Shown here: one piece after another, positions 50,216 through 58,688 of the stretch
Position numbering within the stretch: the first letter of the stretch is position 1
How the letters are laid out: each line of letters opens with the position of its first letter
Assembly: GCF_028368995.1 (NCBI RefSeq)
Contig: NZ_JAQNDL010000001.1
Location: 256,001-320,000, forward strand
Direction: 5' to 3'
Length of the DNA: 64,000 nt
From: Nannocystis bainbridge
GTDB lineage: Bacteria > Myxococcota_A > Polyangia > Nannocystales > Nannocystaceae
Translations under genes and position numbers: made by a program
The notes under the pieces: model-generated
Told to the model about the DNA's origin: nothing
Seen by the model: the letters and a program-made list of their open reading frames with translations, nothing else
Databases searched by the model: none

Positions 50216-51793
50216 GTGGACTTCGCCCTCGCCCCCGCCCTGCTCGCCGCGCTCGTCGGCGATCCGGGCGTGGCCGCGACCGCGGCGACCGCCGTCCGTC
50301 TACCTGTCCCGGTGGACATGTCTCAAAAGGCCAAGACCGGGACCGCCGAATCACATGTCCCCGCGGACATGTCCCAAAGCGCATCCGGAAGCCCCGCCCC
50401 CGAATCACATGTCCCCGCGGACATGTCCCCAGAAGCAGCCGGTAGAGACGCCGCCACCTCCTCACATGTCCCCGCGGACATGTCCCAAAACGCAGCCGGC
50501 AAAGCCGCCGCGCCCCCCGGCGGAGCACCTGCCCCCACGGACCTGTCCCCAAGCACAGCCGACCAGGAGACCCAGCTCGCGCTCCGCCCTCGCGCCTCCC
50601 GACCCGCCGCCGAGCCGCTGCGCCCCGGCGGCACCCCGCCGCTCGCCGCCCGCGGCCCCGACGCTCTCCCTGTCGAGCCCGGCACTCCGCACACCCTGTT
50701 CATCAACTTCGACGGCGCCGTCCTGCGGCGCGGCTGCGGCAACGACTCGCGCCACGACTGCAGCACCCTCGCCGACATGTTCGACGGCTACATCGGCCCG
50801 TTCGTCGGCACCGAGGCGCGGCGGGTCGCCATCATCGAGTCGGTGCGCAAGGACCTGCGAGAGATCGGCGTGCGCACCACCTGGCGGCGCCCGCCCGACG
50901 ATCCCGGCTACACCATGGTCCTCTACGGCGACATCGGCGCCCAGGACTTCGCCGGCATCGCCCCCTACATCGACTGCGGCAACCTGTGGGCCAACGACAC
51001 CTGCTTCGCCGGCGCCTTCAAGGGCTCCAACACCGGCGCCACCATCGTCTTGCAGGAAGCTGCGCACACCTGGGGCCTCGAGCACGTCAACAGCCCGTTC
51101 GACAACCTGCACCCGTTCGTCGAGGCGCCGACCCCGTACTTCCAGGATCAGTGCAACAAGATCGTCGCCAACACCGACCTCGTCGAGACCTCCGGCGTCT
51201 GCAACCTCGTGCACGAGATGTTCTGCGAGACCGGCTACCAGAACAGCTTCCAGGAGCTGCTCTATCTGTTCGGCCCGGCCCAGCCCGACATCACCGCCCC
51301 GACTCTGAAGCTCACCAGCCCGGCCGACGGCTCGTACCACGTGCTGCCGGTCGACCTGTCGCTCTACGGGGAGGTCGTCGACGATCTCGAGCCGCAGTTC
51401 TACGCCGTGGAGATCCAGCAAGCCGGTCAGACGCTGTTCAGCGACGAGGCGATTCGCGTCGACCTGCGGCTCAAGAACCCGCCGCCGGGCGAGTATGATC
51501 TGCTCGTCACCGTGCGCGACGAGGGCGGCAACGCCGGCAGCGATCGCGTGCGCTTCACGATCCTCCCCGAGGGCAGCGAAGACCCCGACAGCACCACCGG
51601 CGACGGCGACACCGGCAGCACCGGCGACACCGACGACACCAGCACCGGCGGCCTGTCCGAGACGCAAGGCTGCGACCTCGCCGTCGCCGCGGGAGGCCCT
51701 GCCTGGCTCCTCGGGCTCGCGCTCGTGCGTCGGCGCCGGCGATCACCCGCGGCCCGCCGCACCGCGCTGGCAACCCCGACCGCGCCGCGCTAA
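50216..51793 (+). CDS. Paralogous zincin-like + Ig-like surface protein with N-terminal HVPADMS repeats
   Basis: LFINFDGA, QEAAHTWGLEH, QNSFQELL, DITAPTL, GC..WLLGLALVRRRR. Confidence 0.78.
   Translation: MDFALAPALLAALVGDPGVAATAATAVRLPVPVDMSQKAKTGTAESHVPADMSQSASGSPAPESHVPADMSPEAAGRDAATSSHVPADMSQNAAGKAAAPPGGAPAPTDLSPSTADQETQLALRPRASRPAAEPLRPGGTPPLAARGPDALPVEPGTPHTLFINFDGAVLRRGCGNDSRHDCSTLADMFDGYIGPFVGTEARRVAIIESVRKDLREIGVRTTWRRPPDDPGYTMVLYGDIGAQDFAGIAPYIDCGNLWANDTCFAGAFKGSNTGATIVLQEAAHTWGLEHVNSPFDNLHPFVEAPTPYFQDQCNKIVANTDLVETSGVCNLVHEMFCETGYQNSFQELLYLFGPAQPDITAPTLKLTSPADGSYHVLPVDLSLYGEVVDDLEPQFYAVEIQQAGQTLFSDEAIRVDLRLKNPPPGEYDLLVTVRDEGGNAGSDRVRFTILPEGSEDPDSTTGDGDTGSTGDTDDTSTGGLSETQGCDLAVAAGGPAWLLGLALVRRRRRSPAARRTALATPTAPR
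50300..50562 (+). repeat. In-frame repeats built on the palindromic motif
   Basis: Exact 25-mer tcacatgtccccgcggacatgtccc at 50351, 50405 and 50462, plus degenerate copies at about 50300 and 50525. Confidence 0.9.
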
Positions 51794-51803
51794 AGGAGAC
51801 CCC

Positions 51804-52547
51804 GTGACGCACCGCCTGCGCCTCGCCCCGTTCGCCCTCGTGCTCCTCGTCGCCTGTCCGCAAGCACAGGCGCCCGCGCCGACCCCGACCGTCGACGGCG
51901 CGCACCCGACCCCCGACGACCCGCGCGTCGTCGAGGTCGCCGGCGACCTCTACGCCGCCCAGAGCGCCCCCGTGACCACCCAGCCGCCCGAGGTCCCGCC
52001 CGCCAAGTCGCCCGGCACCGGCCGCCCCGACGAGACCAACGGCGTGTGCCGCCTCTACGCCCCCGAGCTGCCCGACCCCGCCTGCTGCGAGCACACCCTC
52101 GGCTTCGACAGCAAGGCCGCCGCCGAGATCTGCGGCCTGCAGGTCTACCTCGGCGAGTCGTTCCACAACAGCTGCGGCTTCTACTTCGTGCCCGAGCCCA
52201 ACAGCCCCGCCCAGTGGTTCCGGATCGCCACCATCCTCGGCGACACCCCGCAGAAGGCCGCCGAGGACAACCTCTACACCATGCGCCGCACCGACCCGAA
52301 CGTCACGGTCGAGCCCGTGCCCGACGTCCCCGGCGCCTTCTGGACCCGGCAAAACGAGTACCGCTGGGCCTTCCTGCCCGGCTGGTCGACGGTCCGCATG
52401 TTCGCCTGGAAGACCAGCAGCTGCAGCGACGAAAAGATCGGCGGCCTGCTGCGCCTCATCATCGCCGCCCCCGAGCAGGTCTCCGCGCCCCGCCGCGCCG
52501 GCCTGTTCCCGGTCGACGCCCCGCCACCGCCCGCGCCTGCCCCCTGA
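51804..52547 (+). CDS. Cys-rich hypothetical lipoprotein
   Basis: AAAGGAG RBS; GTG start; LVLLVAC lipobox. Confidence 0.7.
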   Translation: MTHRLRLAPFALVLLVACPQAQAPAPTPTVDGAHPTPDDPRVVEVAGDLYAAQSAPVTTQPPEVPPAKSPGTGRPDETNGVCRLYAPELPDPACCEHTLGFDSKAAAEICGLQVYLGESFHNSCGFYFVPEPNSPAQWFRIATILGDTPQKAAEDNLYTMRRTDPNVTVEPVPDVPGAFWTRQNEYRWAFLPGWSTVRMFAWKTSSCSDEKIGGLLRLIIAAPEQVSAPRRAGLFPVDAPPPPAPAP

Positions 52548-52602
52548 GACATGTCCTGAGGGACAGGCGCCATCGCCACGACATGTCCCGAAGGACACGT
52601 CA
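52533..52602. repeat. Palindromic motif array between convergent genes
   Basis: gcgcctgccc-cctg-agacatgtcc-tgag-ggacaggcgc ... cgacatgtcc-cgaa-ggacacgtca. Confidence 0.85.
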
Positions 52603-52613
52603 TCCGCGGCGCC

Positions 52614-53039
52614 TCAGCCCGCGCGCCAGCCGTCGAATCGCGTCGGCCCCGCGATCCCGCGCGCGGCCGCCAGCGCTCGCTTGCCGAGCGCGTATACGCG
52701 GAAGAACAGCTCGAGCCCGCCTCGCTGCGCCCGCGTCAGCGGCCCGGCGCTGAAGATCACCTTCGGGTCTTCCTGGCCCACGTCGATGAAGCCCACGATC
52801 GCCACCACTGCCAGCTCGACCTCCGCCCCCGCTGGCAGGCGGCGCCCCAGCACCACCGCGTCGAGCGGATCGCCGTCGCCCGACATGACCCCCGGGACAT
52901 GTCCGTAGTTGTAAGGGCACGGCAGCGGCGACACGAAGTCGATACTGCCGTCGCTGCGGCGCTTGACGAAGCTGAGGCGCGGGTACTCGATCGTCACCCG
53001 GCGGCGCGCCCCGATCTCCGGCAGGTCCATCGCCGACAT
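52614..53039 (-). CDS. ppa: Family I inorganic pyrophosphatase (short form)
   Basis: IEYP, PYNYGHVP, GDGDPLDAVVL, DVGQEDPKVI. Confidence 0.85.
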   Translation of the reverse strand: MSAMDLPEIGARRRVTIEYPRLSFVKRRSDGSIDFVSPLPCPYNYGHVPGVMSGDGDPLDAVVLGRRLPAGAEVELAVVAIVGFIDVGQEDPKVIFSAGPLTRAQRGGLELFFRVYALGKRALAAARGIAGPTRFDGWRAG

Positions 53040-53227
53040 CTACGCCAGCCTCGCCGCGCCCGCAACGGCGCGGTCCCCGTCCACCTGTCCCCAAGGACAC
53101 GCGAGAATCGCCGCGGAGTTCGCCCGGCTCCGCCCATCGTCCCGTGACCACCGCGCCGACGTCGATCCCGGCGAGCCCATGCGGCAGACGAAGCGCTCAG
53201 CCGCCTCGGCCTCGCCTCGACGCTCGC

Positions 53228-54130
53228 TCAGAACTGCCCGAACGCCGTGATCCCGGCCCCACCGGCTCCGAACGTCGGCGCCGCGCGAGCCGCTCGCCGC
53301 TTGCGCTCCTGCACCCGGTCCGCGAACAGCAGGCTCGCCCCTGCCAGCAGGATCCCCGCACCCGCAGCCAGCGTCAGATAGCCCGCGTCGTGGTAGCTCG
53401 CCAGCGCCGCGTCCGAGCAGTCCGGCGTCGCCGTCGTGCACTCCGCGCGATACAGCAGCAGCCCCACCCCGACCGCCGAAGTCACCGCACCGCCGACCGA
53501 CACCCCGAAGCCCGCCGCCAGCAGCTCGAGCGACGGCTCCGACGGCGCCGCCCAGCTCGTCTGTCCCCGCCACTGACTCGGGCGCGGCGGCGGCAGCCGC
53601 TTCAGCGCCGGCGTCGGCGTCGGCGCGCTCGTCGGCGCAACCTCGCTCACCTCGTTCGCCTCGCTCGGCTTCGGGCTCACGAGCGGCGGTGGATCGGCGC
53701 ACACGTCCCGCCCCGCGGTCTGGCTGATCGCGCGCAGCTGTTGATCGATCCGGTCGGCCAGCCCCAGCGCCCGGCGTCGCAGCCGGATCGCCTCGGCCTT
53801 CTGCGGCCGCTCGAGATAGTCGCGCACCACTCCCGCCGCGCGGCACATCGAGCTCGTCTCGCCGTCGCGCGCATGAGCCTGCTCGTACGCCGCCACCGTG
53901 TCGCCGAGCACATTGAAGAGATCGCGGCTCGCTCGCCCGTCGAGCTCCGTCAGCCCGACATAGATCCGCTCGAAGCACGCCCCTGCCTCGCCGCTGCGGC
54001 CCTCCTTGCGCAGCGCCTGACAGCCCTCGTGATCGCGTCGCAGCGCCTCCGTGGCCGGGTTCGCCGCCGCGACCGGACCGCTCGCCAGCGCCACCGCGCA
54101 CGCCAGCGCCGTCGTCCTGCGCCTCGCCAT
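53228..54130 (-). CDS. Hypothetical exported helical protein with C-terminal hydrophobic segments
   Basis: MARRRTTALACAVALA signal; TPR-like helices; two TM-like segments; C-terminal GITAFGQF. Confidence 0.65.
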   Translation of the reverse strand: MARRRTTALACAVALASGPVAAANPATEALRRDHEGCQALRKEGRSGEAGACFERIYVGLTELDGRASRDLFNVLGDTVAAYEQAHARDGETSSMCRAAGVVRDYLERPQKAEAIRLRRRALGLADRIDQQLRAISQTAGRDVCADPPPLVSPKPSEANEVSEVAPTSAPTPTPALKRLPPPRPSQWRGQTSWAAPSEPSLELLAAGFGVSVGGAVTSAVGVGLLLYRAECTTATPDCSDAALASYHDAGYLTLAAGAGILLAGASLLFADRVQERKRRAARAAPTFGAGGAGITAFGQF

Positions 54131-54226
54131 CCCTGCAGTATCGGCCACTTCGGCCTCGCGGACAGCGGTCGCTTCCGCGCCTTCAGGATGCGCCGGCGCC
54201 GCCGCGCACACCTTTATACTCGCCGC

Positions 54227-55816
54227 ATGGCGGGCGACGACATCGACGGCACCGGCCCCACGCAGGCCAACCCTGCGGGTGACGCCCCGACCGACCTCGC
54301 CTCTGGCGTCACCCGTCGCGCCGACGCCCCTGACTCGCTGCTCGGGGGCGTGCTCGCCGGTCGCTACCGCATCGATCGCCGCCTCGGATCTGGCGGCATG
54401 GGGGCCGTCTACGCCGGCACCCACCTCCTGCTCGATCGCCCGATCGCCGTCAAGATCATCAAGCCGCGCTTCGGCGACGACCCTGGCATCGCCCAGCGCT
54501 TCATTCAGGAGGCGCGCGCCGCCTCGGGCATCGGCCACCCTCACGTCGTCGAGATCACCGACTTCGGCGAGACCGAGGGCGGCACCGCCTACTTCGTCAT
54601 GGAGCGGCTCGAGGGTGAAGACCTCGCCGACACCGTCACGCGCGAGGGCCCGCTCGCCTGGCCGCGCGTCGTCCACATCAGCGAGCAGATCGCCCGGGCC
54701 CTCGCCGCTGCGCACAAGCACGGCGTCGTCCACCGCGACATCAAGCCTGCCAACTGCTTTCGCCTCACCCGCGACGACGACCCCGACTACATCAAGGTCC
54801 TCGACTTCGGCCTCGCCAAGGTCGTCGGCAGCGCCTCGCGGGCCGAGCAGGACGCCTCGCTGACCCAGACCGGCGCCCTGCTCGGCACCCCCGGTTACAT
54901 CGCCCCCGAGCTCTACCGCGGCCTGTCGGCCGACCACCGCGTCGACATCTACGCTCTCGGCGCCCTCATGCACAAGCTCCTCACCGGCGAGCTGCCGCCG
55001 ATGCGACTCGGCAGCGACGGCCCCTCCGAGCTCTCGCTGGCCGCCGTGCCACCTGGCCTTCAGGCCATCTTGCGTCGCGCCCTCGCCGACGAGCCCGCCG
55101 CCCGTTACCCGACCGCCCAGGCGCTCGCCGTCGACCTGCGCCACCTGGCCGCAGGGACAGGTGTCAGCCTCGACCCTGGCTCCGAGCCGCCGGCCGCCAG
55201 CGGCCCGCTCCTGGCCGTCACCCACGACGCCCGCGGCATCTCCTTCACCATCGGCGCGCCGCTGCTCGGCGCCCTCGTGCTCGGCCTCGGCCTGTTCGCC
55301 TTCTTCAGCTTGCGCGCCGGCTCGCTCCCTCCCGCCGATCCTGCCGGCGTCCCCGTCGAGCCCGCGCGCATCACCGCCGAACCCGGCCCGCCCGTCATCG
55401 CCGCCGCCGCAGCGCCACCGACCTCGCCCTCCGAGCCGCCGACCGTCGAGCCGCCCACCCCAGCCTCGCCCGACGTCCTCGGGCCGAACACCCACGAGCC
55501 CGCGTCACCCGGCGAAACCACCGCGCCCGCCACCACCTCCGGCGCCGACGAGCCCGAACCACGCGCCGCCCTCCCGAAGGGCAGCCCCGCAGCTGTCCAA
55601 AAGGCCATCCGCCGCCGCTGCGCCGGCACCTTCGGCTACACCGTCAAGCTGCAGTGGAAGGCCGACGCCGACGGTCATCTGATCCCCGGCTCGGTCAAGG
55701 TCCTGGGCACGCCCCAGCACAACGACGCCGAGAGCTGCGCCCTGCGTCAGCTCGTCCGCAGCGAGCTCGCCTGGACCCCGGGCGAGACCTACGCCCACGC
55801 CTTCAAGAGCGGCTGA
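54227..55816 (+). CDS. Membrane Ser/Thr protein kinase
   Basis: LGSGGMGAVY, IAVK, HRDIKPAN, DFG, GTPGYIAPE; TM helix; Pro-rich linker. Confidence 0.93.
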   Translation: MAGDDIDGTGPTQANPAGDAPTDLASGVTRRADAPDSLLGGVLAGRYRIDRRLGSGGMGAVYAGTHLLLDRPIAVKIIKPRFGDDPGIAQRFIQEARAASGIGHPHVVEITDFGETEGGTAYFVMERLEGEDLADTVTREGPLAWPRVVHISEQIARALAAAHKHGVVHRDIKPANCFRLTRDDDPDYIKVLDFGLAKVVGSASRAEQDASLTQTGALLGTPGYIAPELYRGLSADHRVDIYALGALMHKLLTGELPPMRLGSDGPSELSLAAVPPGLQAILRRALADEPAARYPTAQALAVDLRHLAAGTGVSLDPGSEPPAASGPLLAVTHDARGISFTIGAPLLGALVLGLGLFAFFSLRAGSLPPADPAGVPVEPARITAEPGPPVIAAAAAPPTSPSEPPTVEPPTPASPDVLGPNTHEPASPGETTAPATTSGADEPEPRAALPKGSPAAVQKAIRRRCAGTFGYTVKLQWKADADGHLIPGSVKVLGTPQHNDAESCALRQLVRSELAWTPGETYAHAFKSG

Positions 55817-55964
55817 CCTGTCCGCTCAAGGGCGAGGCTGCCCGAAGGGACAGGTCAGCGCAGCACCCGAAGACATCGAGCTGCATCCTTCACCTGTCCC
55901 TGAGACCAGGCTCGGCCTCACTCCCTGGTTGACCCCTCGCCTGTCTCACAGACCACTCGCGCGC

Positions 55965-57470
55965 TCACGGCCTCGCTCGCCACAGCGCCCGCCCCACCAG
56001 CCCCGCCATCACCAGCCCGATCGCCGCCACCACGGCGAAGCCGATCAGCAGCCCCGGGTGCCCCGCGCGTGCCAGTCGCACCGCCCCGAGCATCAGCACA
56101 TCTGGTTGCAGCGACCCGAACCCCACGATCGGGCTCGCCCACCCCGCGAAGTGTGAAGTCTCGAGCACGTGCCCGGCCGAGCGGGGGTCGTTCGTCAGCG
56201 CGATCATCCACTCGAAGATCGATCGCGTCGCCAGCCACCCCGTCAGCGCCGCGCTGGCGGTCAGCCCCGACCAGACCCACCGACGCACCCGCACCGACCG
56301 CCGCGGCAGGTCTTCGATCAGCGCCGCCAACCCGATCATCACCAGCGGGATCGCCGGCACCAGGTGACGCGGTCCCAGGCTCCATCCGCCGTACCAGTCG
56401 GTGCGCGCCGACACCACCAGCCAGCGCGTCGCCAGCAGCGACAGCGCCAGCCACGTCGCCGCCGGCGCCCGTCGCAGCGCAGCCCGCATACCGAACAGCC
56501 CCAGCGTCGCCGCCGGCGCGTACAGCCACAGGCTCCGGCCTGGCGCCAGCATCTGCGCCCACAGCCCCGTCCACGGATTGGTCCACGCGCTGTAGTGGCC
56601 GAACCTGCCGGTCTCGAGTGCATCGCCGAAGCGCAGCCACTGCCCGAGCAGCAGCAGCCCGAGGCCGAGCCCTGCCAGCAGCGCCGCGCCGATCAGCCCG
56701 CGCCGCGCCGGCGCCAGCGCTTTGAGACATGCCCCAAGAGACATGCCCTTTCCATCATGCCCCTTCGAACCTGTCCAAAAGGGCACCAGCGCGTACGCCG
56801 CCAGCCACGGCCACGCCACCAGGTTGAGCACGTGGACGTGGACCGCGAAGCCGGCCGCCGCCCCGGCCAGCCACAGTCGGCAATCGGCCGCCCGCGGTCG
56901 GCCGGCCCGCAGCGCCTGCGCCTGAGCGATCGCCACGGCCGCCGCCAGCAGCACCATTGCCGAGAGCGGCTCGCTGAGGAACGTGCGCGTATACGGCCAC
57001 GCCGCCGTGCCGGTCGCGTACGCCAGCCCCGTCCACAGCGCCGCTCTCGGCGACAGCCCGACCCATGCCAGCCAGCGGACCAGCAGCCACGCCGTCGCCG
57101 CCGTCACCAGGCAGTTCGTCAGGCTGACCACCAGGTGCAGCCAGTCGGCCCGCGGCTCGCGCGCGTGGAACGTGAAGTGGTCGGAGCGGACCGCGCGCGT
57201 CCACGCGAACGGCACCCGCGGCGGCGCGGTCGCGCGGCCCAGCGCGTACATCGGCGCCGCCACCAGCGACAGCCCGTGGCCGAACAGCCCGTAGCGGCGG
57301 CCCTCCGGCCCCTCGGCCCAGCCGAACGTCCCTGGCGGGCGTCCTGGCGGTTCACCGGTGCGGTGGGCGATGCCGGCGATGGTCAGCGAGCCGCGCTCGA
57401 CCAGGCTCGCCGTCGTCTGGAACACGATCTCGTCGTCGGGGAACTGGATGCGCCCCGGCGCGGTGCACAA
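55965..57470 (-). CDS. GT-C fold (PMT/ArnT-like) membrane glycosyltransferase
   Basis: FPDDE acidic loop, WPYTRTFLSEP, WYGGWSLGPRHLVP; many TM helices. The frame extends upstream to about 57543, so the start is uncertain. Confidence 0.7.
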   Translation of the reverse strand: MCTAPGRIQFPDDEIVFQTTASLVERGSLTIAGIAHRTGEPPGRPPGTFGWAEGPEGRRYGLFGHGLSLVAAPMYALGRATAPPRVPFAWTRAVRSDHFTFHAREPRADWLHLVVSLTNCLVTAATAWLLVRWLAWVGLSPRAALWTGLAYATGTAAWPYTRTFLSEPLSAMVLLAAAVAIAQAQALRAGRPRAADCRLWLAGAAAGFAVHVHVLNLVAWPWLAAYALVPFWTGSKGHDGKGMSLGACLKALAPARRGLIGAALLAGLGLGLLLLGQWLRFGDALETGRFGHYSAWTNPWTGLWAQMLAPGRSLWLYAPAATLGLFGMRAALRRAPAATWLALSLLATRWLVVSARTDWYGGWSLGPRHLVPAIPLVMIGLAALIEDLPRRSVRVRRWVWSGLTASAALTGWLATRSIFEWMIALTNDPRSAGHVLETSHFAGWASPIVGFGSLQPDVLMLGAVRLARAGHPGLLIGFAVVAAIGLVMAGLVGRALWRARP

Positions 57471-57569
57471 AAATAGCGCGGCGCAGGCCGCAAAGAGAGC
57501 GGCTGCGCCGGGCGTACGCGGATTTGGGGTTGTCGGGTCCAGGGCCGAGCCGGTCGGCGAGCGCAGCGG

Positions 57570-58085
57570 CTAGCCGGAGGTGCCGCTGGAGCTGTTGCCC
57601 ATGCACAGCGAGGTGTCGAACGTGCAGGTCACCGGGTCGCAGCCGAGCTGGCCGCCGGCGTTGCCGAGCGACTCGCAGGTGAACCCGTTGAGGTTGCCGC
57701 CGTCGCACTGCTCGTTCGGATCGATGTTGCCGTTGCCACAGCCGGCGGGGTCGGTCGTCTGCGTGGTCGTCGTGGTCGACGTCGAGGTGTCGGGATCACC
57801 GGTGGTGGTGGTGTCCGGCAGCGTGGTCGACGTCGGCCCGTTGGTGGTCGGCGTCACCGTCGTGCTGGTCGTGTCCGGGCCGGTCGTCGGGTCGCCGGTG
57901 GTGGTGCTCGTGCCCGGGGCGCCGGTCGAGGTGTCCGTGCCGCTCGACGTGTCCGTCGTCTGGTTCGTGTTGCTGTTGGTGTTGGGGTTGTTGGTACTGA
58001 AACCGCCCGCACCACCATCGTCCCCGCAAGCGGGAGCGAGACACAGCAAGGAAACGGAGCAAGCGAGCGTACGCCAGGCGGTCAT
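57570..58085 (-). CDS. Thr-rich lipoprotein with myxobacterial Cys-rich (CGNG..EQCD) module
   Basis: LCLAPAC lipobox; TTTGDP linkers; CGNGNIDPNEQCDGGNLNGFTCESLG..C..CTFDTSLC. Confidence 0.8.
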   Translation of the reverse strand: MTAWRTLACSVSLLCLAPACGDDGGAGGFSTNNPNTNSNTNQTTDTSSGTDTSTGAPGTSTTTGDPTTGPDTTSTTVTPTTNGPTSTTLPDTTTTGDPDTSTSTTTTTQTTDPAGCGNGNIDPNEQCDGGNLNGFTCESLGNAGGQLGCDPVTCTFDTSLCMGNSSSGTSG

Positions 58086-58688
58086 GGCGCCTTTATCCCC
58101 AAGGCGCAGCCCGAGGGTCAAGAGAAAAGCGAGCACGACCTCAGAGGCCGTCCGAGCCGGCCCAGAGACCTGCATCACGGGTTTTAGCGACATGCAGGCC
58201 AGTGGAGCCGCGAGCACCCACGCGTCGTCACTGGCACTCGCGCGGTACTTCAAGGACGACCGAGTTGGTGAGTGAGCATTGAAAAATCAGTCCGCGAAGC
58301 GAGACGGCCACGCGGGTCGGCGGCACCACCTTCTGGGCCACCTTCATCGCCGGCCCACGACCGGACCGCGGGCCAATCACCACATGAACTTTGGGACAGC
58401 CAAACCGACGCCGACGGGCCCAGCGAGCACCCGGACATCCGACCGTGACGGACGGGCGAGCCACGGCTCGGCCCGCCCGCTCGCAACCCCTTGTTCGTCG
58501 CATACCCCGCCATGAGTCCGCTGCCGCCCGCGGCGAGGCCCGCCCTCGCGGCCTTCGGGTCCGATTATACCGTATATTTTTAGATCTATTATGACGAAGA
58601 CTTACGCCACTGAACATCAAGTAAATCCGAGCTTGCGAAACAGCCCCTTTGCGCCCCCCACGGCGCGAGTGCTACCACGAAGGTCCAC

